A DNA stretch of 61,031 nucleotides, from IMG/VR virus record IMGVR_UViG_3300028384_000043, positions 1-61,031 of that record. One strand, written 5' to 3'. The notes beneath the pieces were generated by a model that saw only the letters and a program-made list of their open reading frames with translations, was not told the DNA's origin and made no database searches. How positions within the stretch are numbered: position 1 is the stretch's first letter; every line of letters begins with the position of its first letter. Positions 53,310 through 61,031 of the stretch are shown in pieces. The position numbers and the translations under genes were made by a program. The DNA is from a virus (Duplodnaviria > Caudoviricetes).

Positions 53310-54065
53310 TTAACTTATGCCCCATTCACAATGGGGTTCTGGACCTTTGCCAAAAGAACACCACCTACAGTTGTAATTACTTGGATTAGGTGGAAATTTA
53401 GTAGCAGTAGTCATAGCTACAGCTCGCTCATGTAGCTTTGGCATAAACACCATAGCTTCATCTCGCGTGTAGGTTTGCTCCATCGTAGTTCCATGATCTA
53501 AATACCACATTTCTGTGTTAAGTATTTCTAAATCAGGATACATGAAAAACGTGCCGATAGCATAGATGAGCGCTTGTTGGCTGTGCGCGATTTCATTGCC
53601 CATCTGTTTACCAGTTTTGTAATCTATAACACGAGCTGATGTTTCGGACTCATGTACCAAAGCATCTAGTTTGATTCGTGCCCAGGTGTCGGGAGAAATC
53701 CAACCTGTCGGTTCCCACTTTTGGGTAAACCCCCATTCTCCTTCAGTTTCGACTTTTCCATCTGCAAAAAGTTGTTTTAGCTCTTCAAAATTTTGAGAAA
53801 ATTTTCTGAGTGCTTCTGGTAATTCGCCTAGTTCAGAACGTACGAACTGTTCTGCTTGATCATGAATCCGAGTCCCACGCTCCGCTGCAGGACCAAAGTC
53901 TTCTTGTACTCGTTTGACTTTAGATATATAAGTTCTATATGCGCAAGACTCGAAGGTTTTTAAGGCCGAGTAGGACCATGCTGGTACTAGACCTAGTTCT
54001 AAATCCTCCGTGACCTCAACTGTTGAGATTAGGTCTGGACGTTTGGGTGATGTTAGATTCTCCAT
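53310..54065 (-). CDS. PD-(D/E)xK exonuclease (RecB/Cas4-like)
   Basis: WSYS.L..FE.C, GT.IH, KLD, IDYKTG, C.WC...C. Confidence 0.85.
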   Translation of the reverse strand: MENLTSPKRPDLISTVEVTEDLELGLVPAWSYSALKTFESCAYRTYISKVKRVQEDFGPAAERGTRIHDQAEQFVRSELGELPEALRKFSQNFEELKQLFADGKVETEGEWGFTQKWEPTGWISPDTWARIKLDALVHESETSARVIDYKTGKQMGNEIAHSQQALIYAIGTFFMYPDLEILNTEMWYLDHGTTMEQTYTRDEAMVFMPKLHERAVAMTTATKFPPNPSNYNCRWCSFGKGPEPHCEWGIS

Positions 54066-56505
54066 TCTCTAATAAATTCAAATCCCTTTCGTCGAAATGT
54101 TCTTTTATTAACTGTTCTCGAACATTATTGTCTATTTTCCAAGTTAATACAACCCCGCGTGGTATACCAGCGTTACGATCTTTACTAATACGTTTACGTG
54201 CTGTTTTAATATTTAATCGTGACATAGCTTTAGAGAAGTCCCTTTGTGACATTGTATTACGACTGTCTGTTAAGGTATCGTACACAACTTTAAAGTGAGC
54301 TAGTGGTATTATTGTTTCATTGCCAAGACTAGCTATCCATTCTTTTACATACCTTTGTGATGTGCTTACGCCACCAGCATCAAAAGTGTTTGTAAGAGGT
54401 ATATCTAACACATCTGTAAAGTACTCAAGGTTGCGTGTACGAATTGCGTTTGCAAATTCTTCAAGAATAGACATAGATACTTCTTTCATTTCTTTCTTCG
54501 CGTCATTCTCCAGCGCTGTGTGGGCCATACGTACGTCAACTTTAAATTTATTTAACACGCCTGCAAGAATATATAACTCAGGTTCTAGTGCATTTAAGTT
54601 TTCTAATAACTCTGGAAAAGCTTGTTCTATTTTTTGTTCTTGTCGTGGTGCTACGTTGTACCTTCTGTCACTGTCTTCAATCTTGACTGCGTCTGCTCTG
54701 TTTGTAAGAAAAATAAAGTTCGTGAAAGATGGCAGCTCGATCTGGTTTGTACGCATAGCTCTAATAGTTAAGTTAGGTTCTGTAATTTGATGTTTTAGTT
54801 TATCGGCCATTTTACCAACAGATCCTGAGTCAGCCATACGAAACTCATCAACTACTAGAAACAATGCAGTACGCATATATAAGTTGAATTGTTCTTCTAT
54901 ATTTTCTAAAGCTCTCATTGGTGTCTGCATTTCACCAAAGAGTGGTTTTAATATTTTGTGTACAAACAAACCTTTACCAGTGCCCGGTATGCCCGTAAAT
55001 ATCCATGCAGTCATTGTTTTCTTTCTATATTGGTATATGTAAGCCAACCAATTCATAAAGTGTTCAAACTCAGGTTTGCCATTACCAAGCGCATGCATCA
55101 TAAGTTTGTAGAAATTAGGTGCAATCTTTTGGATCTGAATGGCTTCACCGTACGATAACTCTTTTACGTTTTCTTCGCTACGTATCATGTATGGTGTACG
55201 TCTAAATAAATTTACTGAGTATGGAACGGTCTCCAGGTCAATACCTTTGTTACTGCTAGGATCGAATACGACACGAGCATCAGGAACAAAGTCCATGGCA
55301 GGGCGACCATGAGACTTAAGGAAATCATTAATAGAGCTTTTGCCCGTTGGTGTAAGGGGATACTCATCGTCAAATTGTTGTTTTGTTTCATCATACACTC
55401 CGTTGTAATAGGTATCTGTGAAAAAATCACGTAATACAATTGGTTTCTTTTTAGTTTCGTTATCTATCTTGTCTGCAAATATTTCAAAGATACTACGATA
55501 GAAATCTGGGTCTGCTTTTTCTATTTCCCATACAGGTTCACCTTTAAAGTTGTACATGTAATGTGGGTTGGTTAGTAAAAAGTAATAACCTCCGCTGTCA
55601 CCATTGTTTACATTACAGTTAACAAAAGGTTCGGACACGCGTGTGATCTGGATGGTCATCTTGTCTGGGTTTTGCAATACTTCGTGTGCTTCTCCAGCAA
55701 CGTTGACCGTAGTTACTTTACCTACTCTTTTAGGAAGGTTGTTTTTCTTCCTTAAATTGTCTTTAATCTGCAAACCAAGGGTGTGTACCTTTTCAGGATT
55801 GACACCAACCAAAGACGAGGAGATTTCAAGAACAGGCGAACCACGGTCAACCTTAATGAACCTACCTTTAGGGTAGGGATCTTCTACATTGTTAAACTTG
55901 GGAGTTGCAATGTAGATTAACTTACTGTTGTCAGCCACAGATGGGTCTAATATGTACGAAAGACTTTGACCATTAGCTGATAACTTAATTTGTTCTGCAA
56001 GAAATTCTGTTTTGTAATTAATCATACGAATAAAATCTTTTAGAGTCTTTGGATGTACAGGCATATCTAATAGAAAGAAAAGGTGTAGTGACACAGTATC
56101 TTTCTTAAAACCTAAAGACGCACTAGCCTGAGCGATATAACTTACATTATGAAATACTTCTGGAAGTTGTAAGACAATCTTATCGGCCAGTGCTTGTAGG
56201 TCTCCTGGATTAGATGTATGTAAACCGTCTACATCCAGCACTAACAGCTGCGTAGTTTTTGCACGTTCGGACATAAAAGCCCGGGGTTCGTTGTCCAGTG
56301 TTCGTTTTAACGAACCCTTGTGTAAACACGCACCTTTGTCAGCTTGTTTTGTTAGTAATGTATATAATTTGTTTAGTCCTTTTTTATCTACAGATATATC
56401 AAAATGTTCTGAACTAAAGTCTTTGACTAGTGGATATGGCTTGATGCCGTCTTTTGATATTTCTTTGGACAGGGGTTTTTTAGCGTTTAAAAACACAACT
56501 TCCAT
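54016..56505 (-). CDS. Primase/helicase with a DUF5906-type SF3 helicase domain
   Basis: N-terminal LDVD..H; C-terminal G.PGTGKG, VVDE, LTN, DRRY. Confidence 0.8.
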   Translation of the reverse strand: MEVVFLNAKKPLSKEISKDGIKPYPLVKDFSSEHFDISVDKKGLNKLYTLLTKQADKGACLHKGSLKRTLDNEPRAFMSERAKTTQLLVLDVDGLHTSNPGDLQALADKIVLQLPEVFHNVSYIAQASASLGFKKDTVSLHLFFLLDMPVHPKTLKDFIRMINYKTEFLAEQIKLSANGQSLSYILDPSVADNSKLIYIATPKFNNVEDPYPKGRFIKVDRGSPVLEISSSLVGVNPEKVHTLGLQIKDNLRKKNNLPKRVGKVTTVNVAGEAHEVLQNPDKMTIQITRVSEPFVNCNVNNGDSGGYYFLLTNPHYMYNFKGEPVWEIEKADPDFYRSIFEIFADKIDNETKKKPIVLRDFFTDTYYNGVYDETKQQFDDEYPLTPTGKSSINDFLKSHGRPAMDFVPDARVVFDPSSNKGIDLETVPYSVNLFRRTPYMIRSEENVKELSYGEAIQIQKIAPNFYKLMMHALGNGKPEFEHFMNWLAYIYQYRKKTMTAWIFTGIPGTGKGLFVHKILKPLFGEMQTPMRALENIEEQFNLYMRTALFLVVDEFRMADSGSVGKMADKLKHQITEPNLTIRAMRTNQIELPSFTNFIFLTNRADAVKIEDSDRRYNVAPRQEQKIEQAFPELLENLNALEPELYILAGVLNKFKVDVRMAHTALENDAKKEMKEVSMSILEEFANAIRTRNLEYFTDVLDIPLTNTFDAGGVSTSQRYVKEWIASLGNETIIPLAHFKVVYDTLTDSRNTMSQRDFSKAMSRLNIKTARKRISKDRNAGIPRGVVLTWKIDNNVREQLIKEHFDERDLNLLENGESNITQTSRPNLNS

Positions 56506-56507
56506 AA

Positions 56508-56693
56508 TTAAATCTCCTTATCTAAGTATACTTCCTCTCTATCTATCCGTACAGATTTGTCTGCCTGGAACCCTAGTTTGCATTGGGTAGGTGATATATT
56601 AGTTACCGTTACAGTACAGATTACTCTTCCATCCTGTTGTACGACAACCTTGTCACCTTTCTTTCGAGTCAGTATTAAGTTTTTATTTGTCAT
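56508..56693 (-). CDS. csrA: Carbon storage regulator CsrA/RsmA homolog
   Basis: LILTRKKGD, VTV, KLGFQA...V.IDREEVY. Confidence 0.85.
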   Translation of the reverse strand: MTNKNLILTRKKGDKVVVQQDGRVICTVTVTNISPTQCKLGFQADKSVRIDREEVYLDKEI

Positions 56694-58479
56694 ATACTTG
56701 GCTTACGCCTCCCTCAGCGTCGAGTGGTAAATCTTGACACCACTCTGGGGCTGTACGCATGATTTCTATAATTTTATCCATTGTAGCATCAGCATTGTAC
56801 TCTGAGCCAATAGCAATTATTTCGTCATGTACCTGCAAGACAATGTCTACTTCAGGTAATGCTTGTATCTCTAGCATCTGATCGGTGATGACCAGCCTAG
56901 CTAGTGCTTGTACGACATTTTCTGTTACGCGGGGACCGTGTGTACGGATCATTTCACGTTCAGTGTTGTATAAAAATTGACCAGCTTGGTAACGTAAGCT
57001 TGGATAGCTTAGTCGCATGCCATTTGGTAATTCTAGTGCGTGTCGTTGGATCGTAAGGGGCCCGTACTTTAGTCCGATACCACGTGGGTTAATCATCTGA
57101 AAGAGGGAATCTTTCATACCTGACCAGAGCCTTGGTATGTTTGGATACATGCCACGATACTGCATAACAATAGCTTGGGCTGTAGCATCTCCTACGTCCA
57201 CGGATGGGGAGCCAGTTTTTAGCGTTGCTTGGAACTTGTCGGCTCCCATACCGTACCCGAGACCGAGAATAGCTGTTTTACCTACGTATCTTTCTAGCTT
57301 GTCAGTTTTTGTAATCGTACGCCCATATATTTGTGAAGCAAACTCACAATACACATCGCGACCTGTAGCAAAAGCCTGAACTAGGTCATGTTCTTTAGCT
57401 AGCCATGCGAGCATACGTGCTTCAATATTAGACAAGTCAGCTATATAGAGCTTTTGTCCTTCAGGCGCCATCAGTGCCGTACGTAACTTTGAACCCCGGG
57501 GGAGGTTTTGTAAGTTAATTTTATCTGAGCCACCGAATCTGCCTGTGTGTGCGGCATAGTAACGCAGCGGAATACTGAACGTACCGTCAGGGTTGGTAGA
57601 ATCTATGAATCGTTGTGCTCTAGTTTCTTCGATACGAGACTTTACCATCTCCCTAGCATCCCATATGTTTTTATGTTCTGGATACATGTTGCACATCTGT
57701 ATGTAAGCGCTGTCGTTTTTACCGAACGCAGGTATTTGTTTGCCAGTAGTTGGGCTTTTCTTTGTAGGCACAGTTATACCTAGCGATTCTAGATGGTCTT
57801 TAAACTTTACTTGTGATGCCAGTACTTCTCGTGTAACGCCTGAGTCCTGGATTGCTTGTTCTGTGCGTGTTGTTATGTCATCTTTGTACGCTATCAGTGA
57901 TCCGCGGTCCAGCATAAGCTTTGGCTCTACAAACATACGTACAGTTAGATCTATAATCTGTAACTCTTTGTCTGGATAACCAGCGCTGTAGTTTTTGAAT
58001 AGTTCGTACGTCAAGTCGACGTCCTGGATACAATAACCGCCGATCTGTGCATCGAGCTCTGGGTCCAGGTCACGTACGCCTTTGGCATTTACAAGTTCTT
58101 CACCTTTACGTTTTGTTTCGTCGTTTGGAAACTCTCGTTTGCACGCATTAGCAAGGCTTGCGGACATGTTTGGATAGAGCCCACGGGACATGGCCGCAGT
58201 ATCATAATAAAAAGCAGGCCTGTAACCATAGTATTGTGTCAGTATGTAGGCATCAAACAAAGTGTTGTGGCATACAACAGCAGTCGCTGCCCAATTAATT
58301 TGTCCGAGTATTTCTGGTGTTTCTTCTTCGTTGTACCATTCGGTTGGTCCGTCTTCTACTTTGATACCAACACCCCATACTTTAAAGTCTGGATGGTTGA
58401 CATACTGTACGGTGCTCATTTTAGTGAGAGACAGTTGTACGTCGTAGTAAGTCTCAAAGTCTAAGTAAATTTTTTGCAT
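56683..58479 (-). CDS. Family A DNA polymerase with a 3'-5' exonuclease domain
   Basis: LDFET, HN..FD, YC.QDV, TGR, NLQNLPR, DLSNIEAR, K.AILGLGYG, VHDE. Confidence 0.93.
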   Translation of the reverse strand: MQKIYLDFETYYDVQLSLTKMSTVQYVNHPDFKVWGVGIKVEDGPTEWYNEEETPEILGQINWAATAVVCHNTLFDAYILTQYYGYRPAFYYDTAAMSRGLYPNMSASLANACKREFPNDETKRKGEELVNAKGVRDLDPELDAQIGGYCIQDVDLTYELFKNYSAGYPDKELQIIDLTVRMFVEPKLMLDRGSLIAYKDDITTRTEQAIQDSGVTREVLASQVKFKDHLESLGITVPTKKSPTTGKQIPAFGKNDSAYIQMCNMYPEHKNIWDAREMVKSRIEETRAQRFIDSTNPDGTFSIPLRYYAAHTGRFGGSDKINLQNLPRGSKLRTALMAPEGQKLYIADLSNIEARMLAWLAKEHDLVQAFATGRDVYCEFASQIYGRTITKTDKLERYVGKTAILGLGYGMGADKFQATLKTGSPSVDVGDATAQAIVMQYRGMYPNIPRLWSGMKDSLFQMINPRGIGLKYGPLTIQRHALELPNGMRLSYPSLRYQAGQFLYNTEREMIRTHGPRVTENVVQALARLVITDQMLEIQALPEVDIVLQVHDEIIAIGSEYNADATMDKIIEIMRTAPEWCQDLPLDAEGGVSQVYDK

Positions 58480-58536
58480 ATCCACTCCCATGCTTTTTTA
58501 AGGTCAGCGTTAAGGCTTTCTAACATCATTGCTATA

Positions 58537-58725
58537 TCATTCAACTCTTTCTTCATCTCTTTTCTCCAAAACTACAAACAAGTCGCAGTGGTTTTCTTTT
58601 GCTAAGTCCATATCGTTATAGCAATCTATATTCATGTCATGTAAAACATCTTGTAGATTATCTAACATTTCGTGATGGCCATTATTGGCATCATATATTT
58701 TTACCCAGTGTTGTGGTTTACTCAT
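58537..58725 (-). CDS. Hypothetical protein
   Basis: GGAGG RBS; ATGA coupling to the upstream gene. Confidence 0.6.
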   Translation of the reverse strand: MSKPQHWVKIYDANNGHHEMLDNLQDVLHDMNIDCYNDMDLAKENHCDLFVVLEKRDEERVE

Positions 58726-58934
58726 AGTTCCTCCTTGAACTTATTCATTTTTGTACACCAGTCCTCATACTCGTTGCGTTTTGCACGTTCCCAGCCTATT
58801 TGTTTACTGGTATACATATTGTATGCAACAGAAATCTTTACATATTTCCATTGTATAAACGGCAAGTCTGCTGGATCGTTGTAAGTGTACGGATGTATAG
58901 GGTTACGTTTAACATAAACGTGGGTTGGGGGCAT
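58722..58934 (-). CDS. Hypothetical protein
   Basis: GGAG RBS; 70 aa. Confidence 0.6.
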   Translation of the reverse strand: MPPTHVYVKRNPIHPYTYNDPADLPFIQWKYVKISVAYNMYTSKQIGWERAKRNEYEDWCTKMNKFKEEL

Positions 58935-59032
58935 CTAATTACTCCGTTAATTAAACTTGACAAAATCCATTTCTGTCTTTATGACTATAGATATTACCTA
59001 ATAATGGGTAATAACACAAATGGAGAAACAAT

Positions 59033-59440
59033 ATGGCAACATATAAATCAGACATGGTTAGTGGTAATCAGTCATTCAAACCGTTCCCAAGCGGAGCTGT
59101 TGGCGTAAGATACGCTAAGTTTGAAGCTAGTACTGCATTAGCATTAAACGATGTTATTCAAATAGTTGACGTGTTCTCTGGTGAAACTGTGCATGATGTA
59201 ATTATCAAAACTGACGACCTAGATACAGGTACAGCATTAGTTCTCGACGTAGGTGACGGCTCAGACGCTGACTACTACATCGATGGTTCTACTGTTGGCC
59301 AAGGTGGTGGTACTGATGAGAAAGATGCTAATGTAGCACCAAAAGAATATTCAGCTGACGATACGATTGACGTTCTCGTACAAGTCGCACCTGGTGGTGG
59401 CGGTAAAGGTACTATAGAAGTCTGGGTATACGTATCCTAA
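59033..59440 (+). CDS. Beta-rich virion decoration-like protein, lone plus-strand gene
   Basis: GGAG RBS; DDLDTGT.L.LDVGD..D.D.Y, Y.ADDTIDV; TTGACA at 58957. Confidence 0.6.
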   Translation: MATYKSDMVSGNQSFKPFPSGAVGVRYAKFEASTALALNDVIQIVDVFSGETVHDVIIKTDDLDTGTALVLDVGDGSDADYYIDGSTVGQGGGTDEKDANVAPKEYSADDTIDVLVQVAPGGGGKGTIEVWVYVS

Positions 59441-59482
59441 AAAACGCATAGCCCAAGCCGGGACACCGAATCTTGGGCTATA
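59441..59482. terminator. Hairpin between convergent units
   Basis: ATAGCCCAAG/CTTGGGCTAT stem; T run follows on the minus strand. Confidence 0.55.
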
Positions 59483-59485
59483 CTG

Positions 59486-59880
59486 ATGCCACTCCTTGGC
59501 ATGTTCAAAAGCGGGGGAACAATGTGCATTCTGGTCGCGAGCCAGCTAGACTATTTGATTACACACGCTAGTCATCACTATTTTGGTGCAACCCCCTATC
59601 CCGCAGGAAACTAAACTTTAAAAATTGAGATAACCGTTAGATCTGTGTAATTACTCACATACGAACCTAACAGTTACCTCTCGAGGTAATTACTCCCCGA
59701 TTTTAGTATCAAGTTATATCTTAGACTATGGGGTTTGATATAAACCCACGCGCGTAACTTCAAATGATACTAAAGCTAAATGACTCTCTATCTCCACACA
59801 CATTTGCTAGTAGGCGGCAAGTTTTAAACTAGTTATAGCGCGCTGTGCCTCAGTCGGGTGGCTCTTCCTCAAGAGAGTCA
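59486..59880 (-). ncRNA. Candidate multi-domain structured non-coding RNA region
   Basis: Consecutive nested inverted repeats across a region with no ORF of 60 aa or more. Confidence 0.4.
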
Positions 59881-59883
59881 AAC

Positions 59884-60075
59884 TTAGTGCAGTACTGGAC
59901 CTTGCATATAGCCTTCTTCAACGAATTGTTCCCATTCGCCTTGGAAGCCACAAGCAAGTAGTATGCAAAGTTTTACATCATCTTCTGTTAGATGATGTTT
60001 TATAGATGTAGCTTCGATACCTATTTCCATAGCTTCTTCGCCTACATCCATCATGGCTGATTTAAGTCTACCCAT
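59884..60075 (-). CDS. Hypothetical protein
   Basis: AAGGAG before MGRLKS. Confidence 0.65.
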   Translation of the reverse strand: MGRLKSAMMDVGEEAMEIGIEATSIKHHLTEDDVKLCILLACGFQGEWEQFVEEGYMQGPVLH

Positions 60076-60253
60076 ATTCGCTCCTTGGATAATACTCATT
60101 GAACTTCATTTCTGCTTGTTCAGGTGTGAGTATCTTTTCATTATACTGTTTACGTTCAAAGTTAACAGCATCTATCCAGCTGCTCATATTAGCTTCATAT
60201 GAGTAATCTGGGTTGTATTCCCATAGTTTTTCTTTCACAATTGCTTCCCCCAT
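60068..60253 (-). CDS. Hypothetical protein
   Basis: TGATG coupling to the upstream gene; AGGAG RBS. Confidence 0.65.
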   Translation of the reverse strand: MGEAIVKEKLWEYNPDYSYEANMSSWIDAVNFERKQYNEKILTPEQAEMKFNEYYPRSEYG

Positions 60254-61031
60254 CAGTCATCTCCTAATAATTTATTAGTTAATATTACCTCATTCATCTG
60301 TTCTTTCAACTCGTTAGGTATAATCTGATCTGGTGTCATACGATTAGCTTGAGCTGGTTTCTTTTTAATTAACATACGTTGCATGTACTCATCAGGCACT
60401 AAATCTTTACCGCCAGGCCACTCATCAATAAATCTTTTAAGCGTTGTTATTTTGTCAATATATTCTTTAAAGGTTTCTACATCAGTATTTACCTTAATTT
60501 CTATTTCGCCTATCGGTGATAACTGTGCGCATAGTTCAGGATCCGTAACAATAATTGCCATGTTGCCTACGTTTGGTGCGTATTGTGTTTGGCCCCAACC
60601 TCTGTGGTATCTGATTGTAAGCTCAGTCGGTGCATAAAAAGGTTGTAAGTCTGTCAGTTTTACAGGAATATCACCTTCTACAAAGTTATCAGATGCTGGA
60701 CATATTTTACCTTCTGTGTATTCATCTTTGTACTCAGTGTGCCAGTTATGAATGTAAGTGCCATCTTCAGCTGTTGGTCTGTTTGGATTACAAATAAGAC
60801 CAAGCTCTGTTGATGTTGTAACAATATGTTCGCTTACTTTGTTATTGTGATTGTATGAATAACCATTAGTTACATATCTATTTCTGACAGCGTCTAACGT
60901 TTTAGCATGTGCCTCTTGTAGTTGGCACAGTACCGAGAACTGTGGATCGTTGTCCGTGATTCGATTTACAATAGTATCGATTGCACCTTGCACGTTATGT
61001 GCTTGACGGTACGCACTATACAATTGTTGTT
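60253..61031 (-). CDS. 3' part of the Nmad5-like gene that starts at 154
   Basis: TTLKRFIDEWPGGKDLVP motif; ends LLGDD. Confidence 0.65.
   Translation of the reverse strand, partial: QQLYSAYRQAHNVQGAIDTIVNRITDNDPQFSVLCQLQEAHAKTLDAVRNRYVTNGYSYNHNNKVSEHIVTTSTELGLICNPNRPTAEDGTYIHNWHTEYKDEYTEGKICPASDNFVEGDIPVKLTDLQPFYAPTELTIRYHRGWGQTQYAPNVGNMAIIVTDPELCAQLSPIGEIEIKVNTDVETFKEYIDKITTLKRFIDEWPGGKDLVPDEYMQRMLIKKKPAQANRMTPDQIIPNELKEQMNEVILTNKLLGDD

Noticed and set aside
53310-54065. Cas4 as evidence of a CRISPR system
   Set aside because: Stand-alone nuclease in the replication module, common in phages
59511-59604. Hammerhead ribozyme or tRNA
   Set aside because: Minus strand has GTGATGA rather than CTGATGA and no GAAA after the stem; no T-loop or cloverleaf
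60933-61031. 99-bp terminal repeat as a biological terminal repeat
   Set aside because: It falls mid-gene and has a typical assembler k-mer length; it shows circularity only

Overview
The window is an apparently complete circular tailed-phage genome of about 60,932 bp; bases 1-99 repeat 60933-61031, most likely an assembly overlap. It looks like a marine podovirus with an N4-type capsid/portal module but no virion RNA polymerase; a proteobacterial host is inferred from CsrA, the parS sequence and the curli genes. The minus-strand arm (50109 round to 6054) holds family A DNA polymerase, primase-helicase, SNF2 helicase, nucleases, CsrA, a MoxR/vWA pair and two Nmad5-like paralogs. The plus-strand arm (6303-50050) holds packaging, head, ejection, tail and lysis genes plus accessory cassettes. 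Most notable: (1) a collagen fibre with Lys in the Y position, beside two 2OG-Fe(II) oxygenases and a GT25 + PLOD-GT + lysyl-hydroxylase fusion, with a phage GalE elsewhere, suggesting an animal-like collagen hydroxylysine glycosylation pathway; (2) a csgF-csgG-curlin-like-FecR-CHASE2 adenylate cyclase cassette; (3) a perfect parS palindrome among half-sites although no ParB gene is seen; (4) tandem covarying pseudoknots in the capsid gene leader. All calls come from reading motifs by eye; no database search was run.
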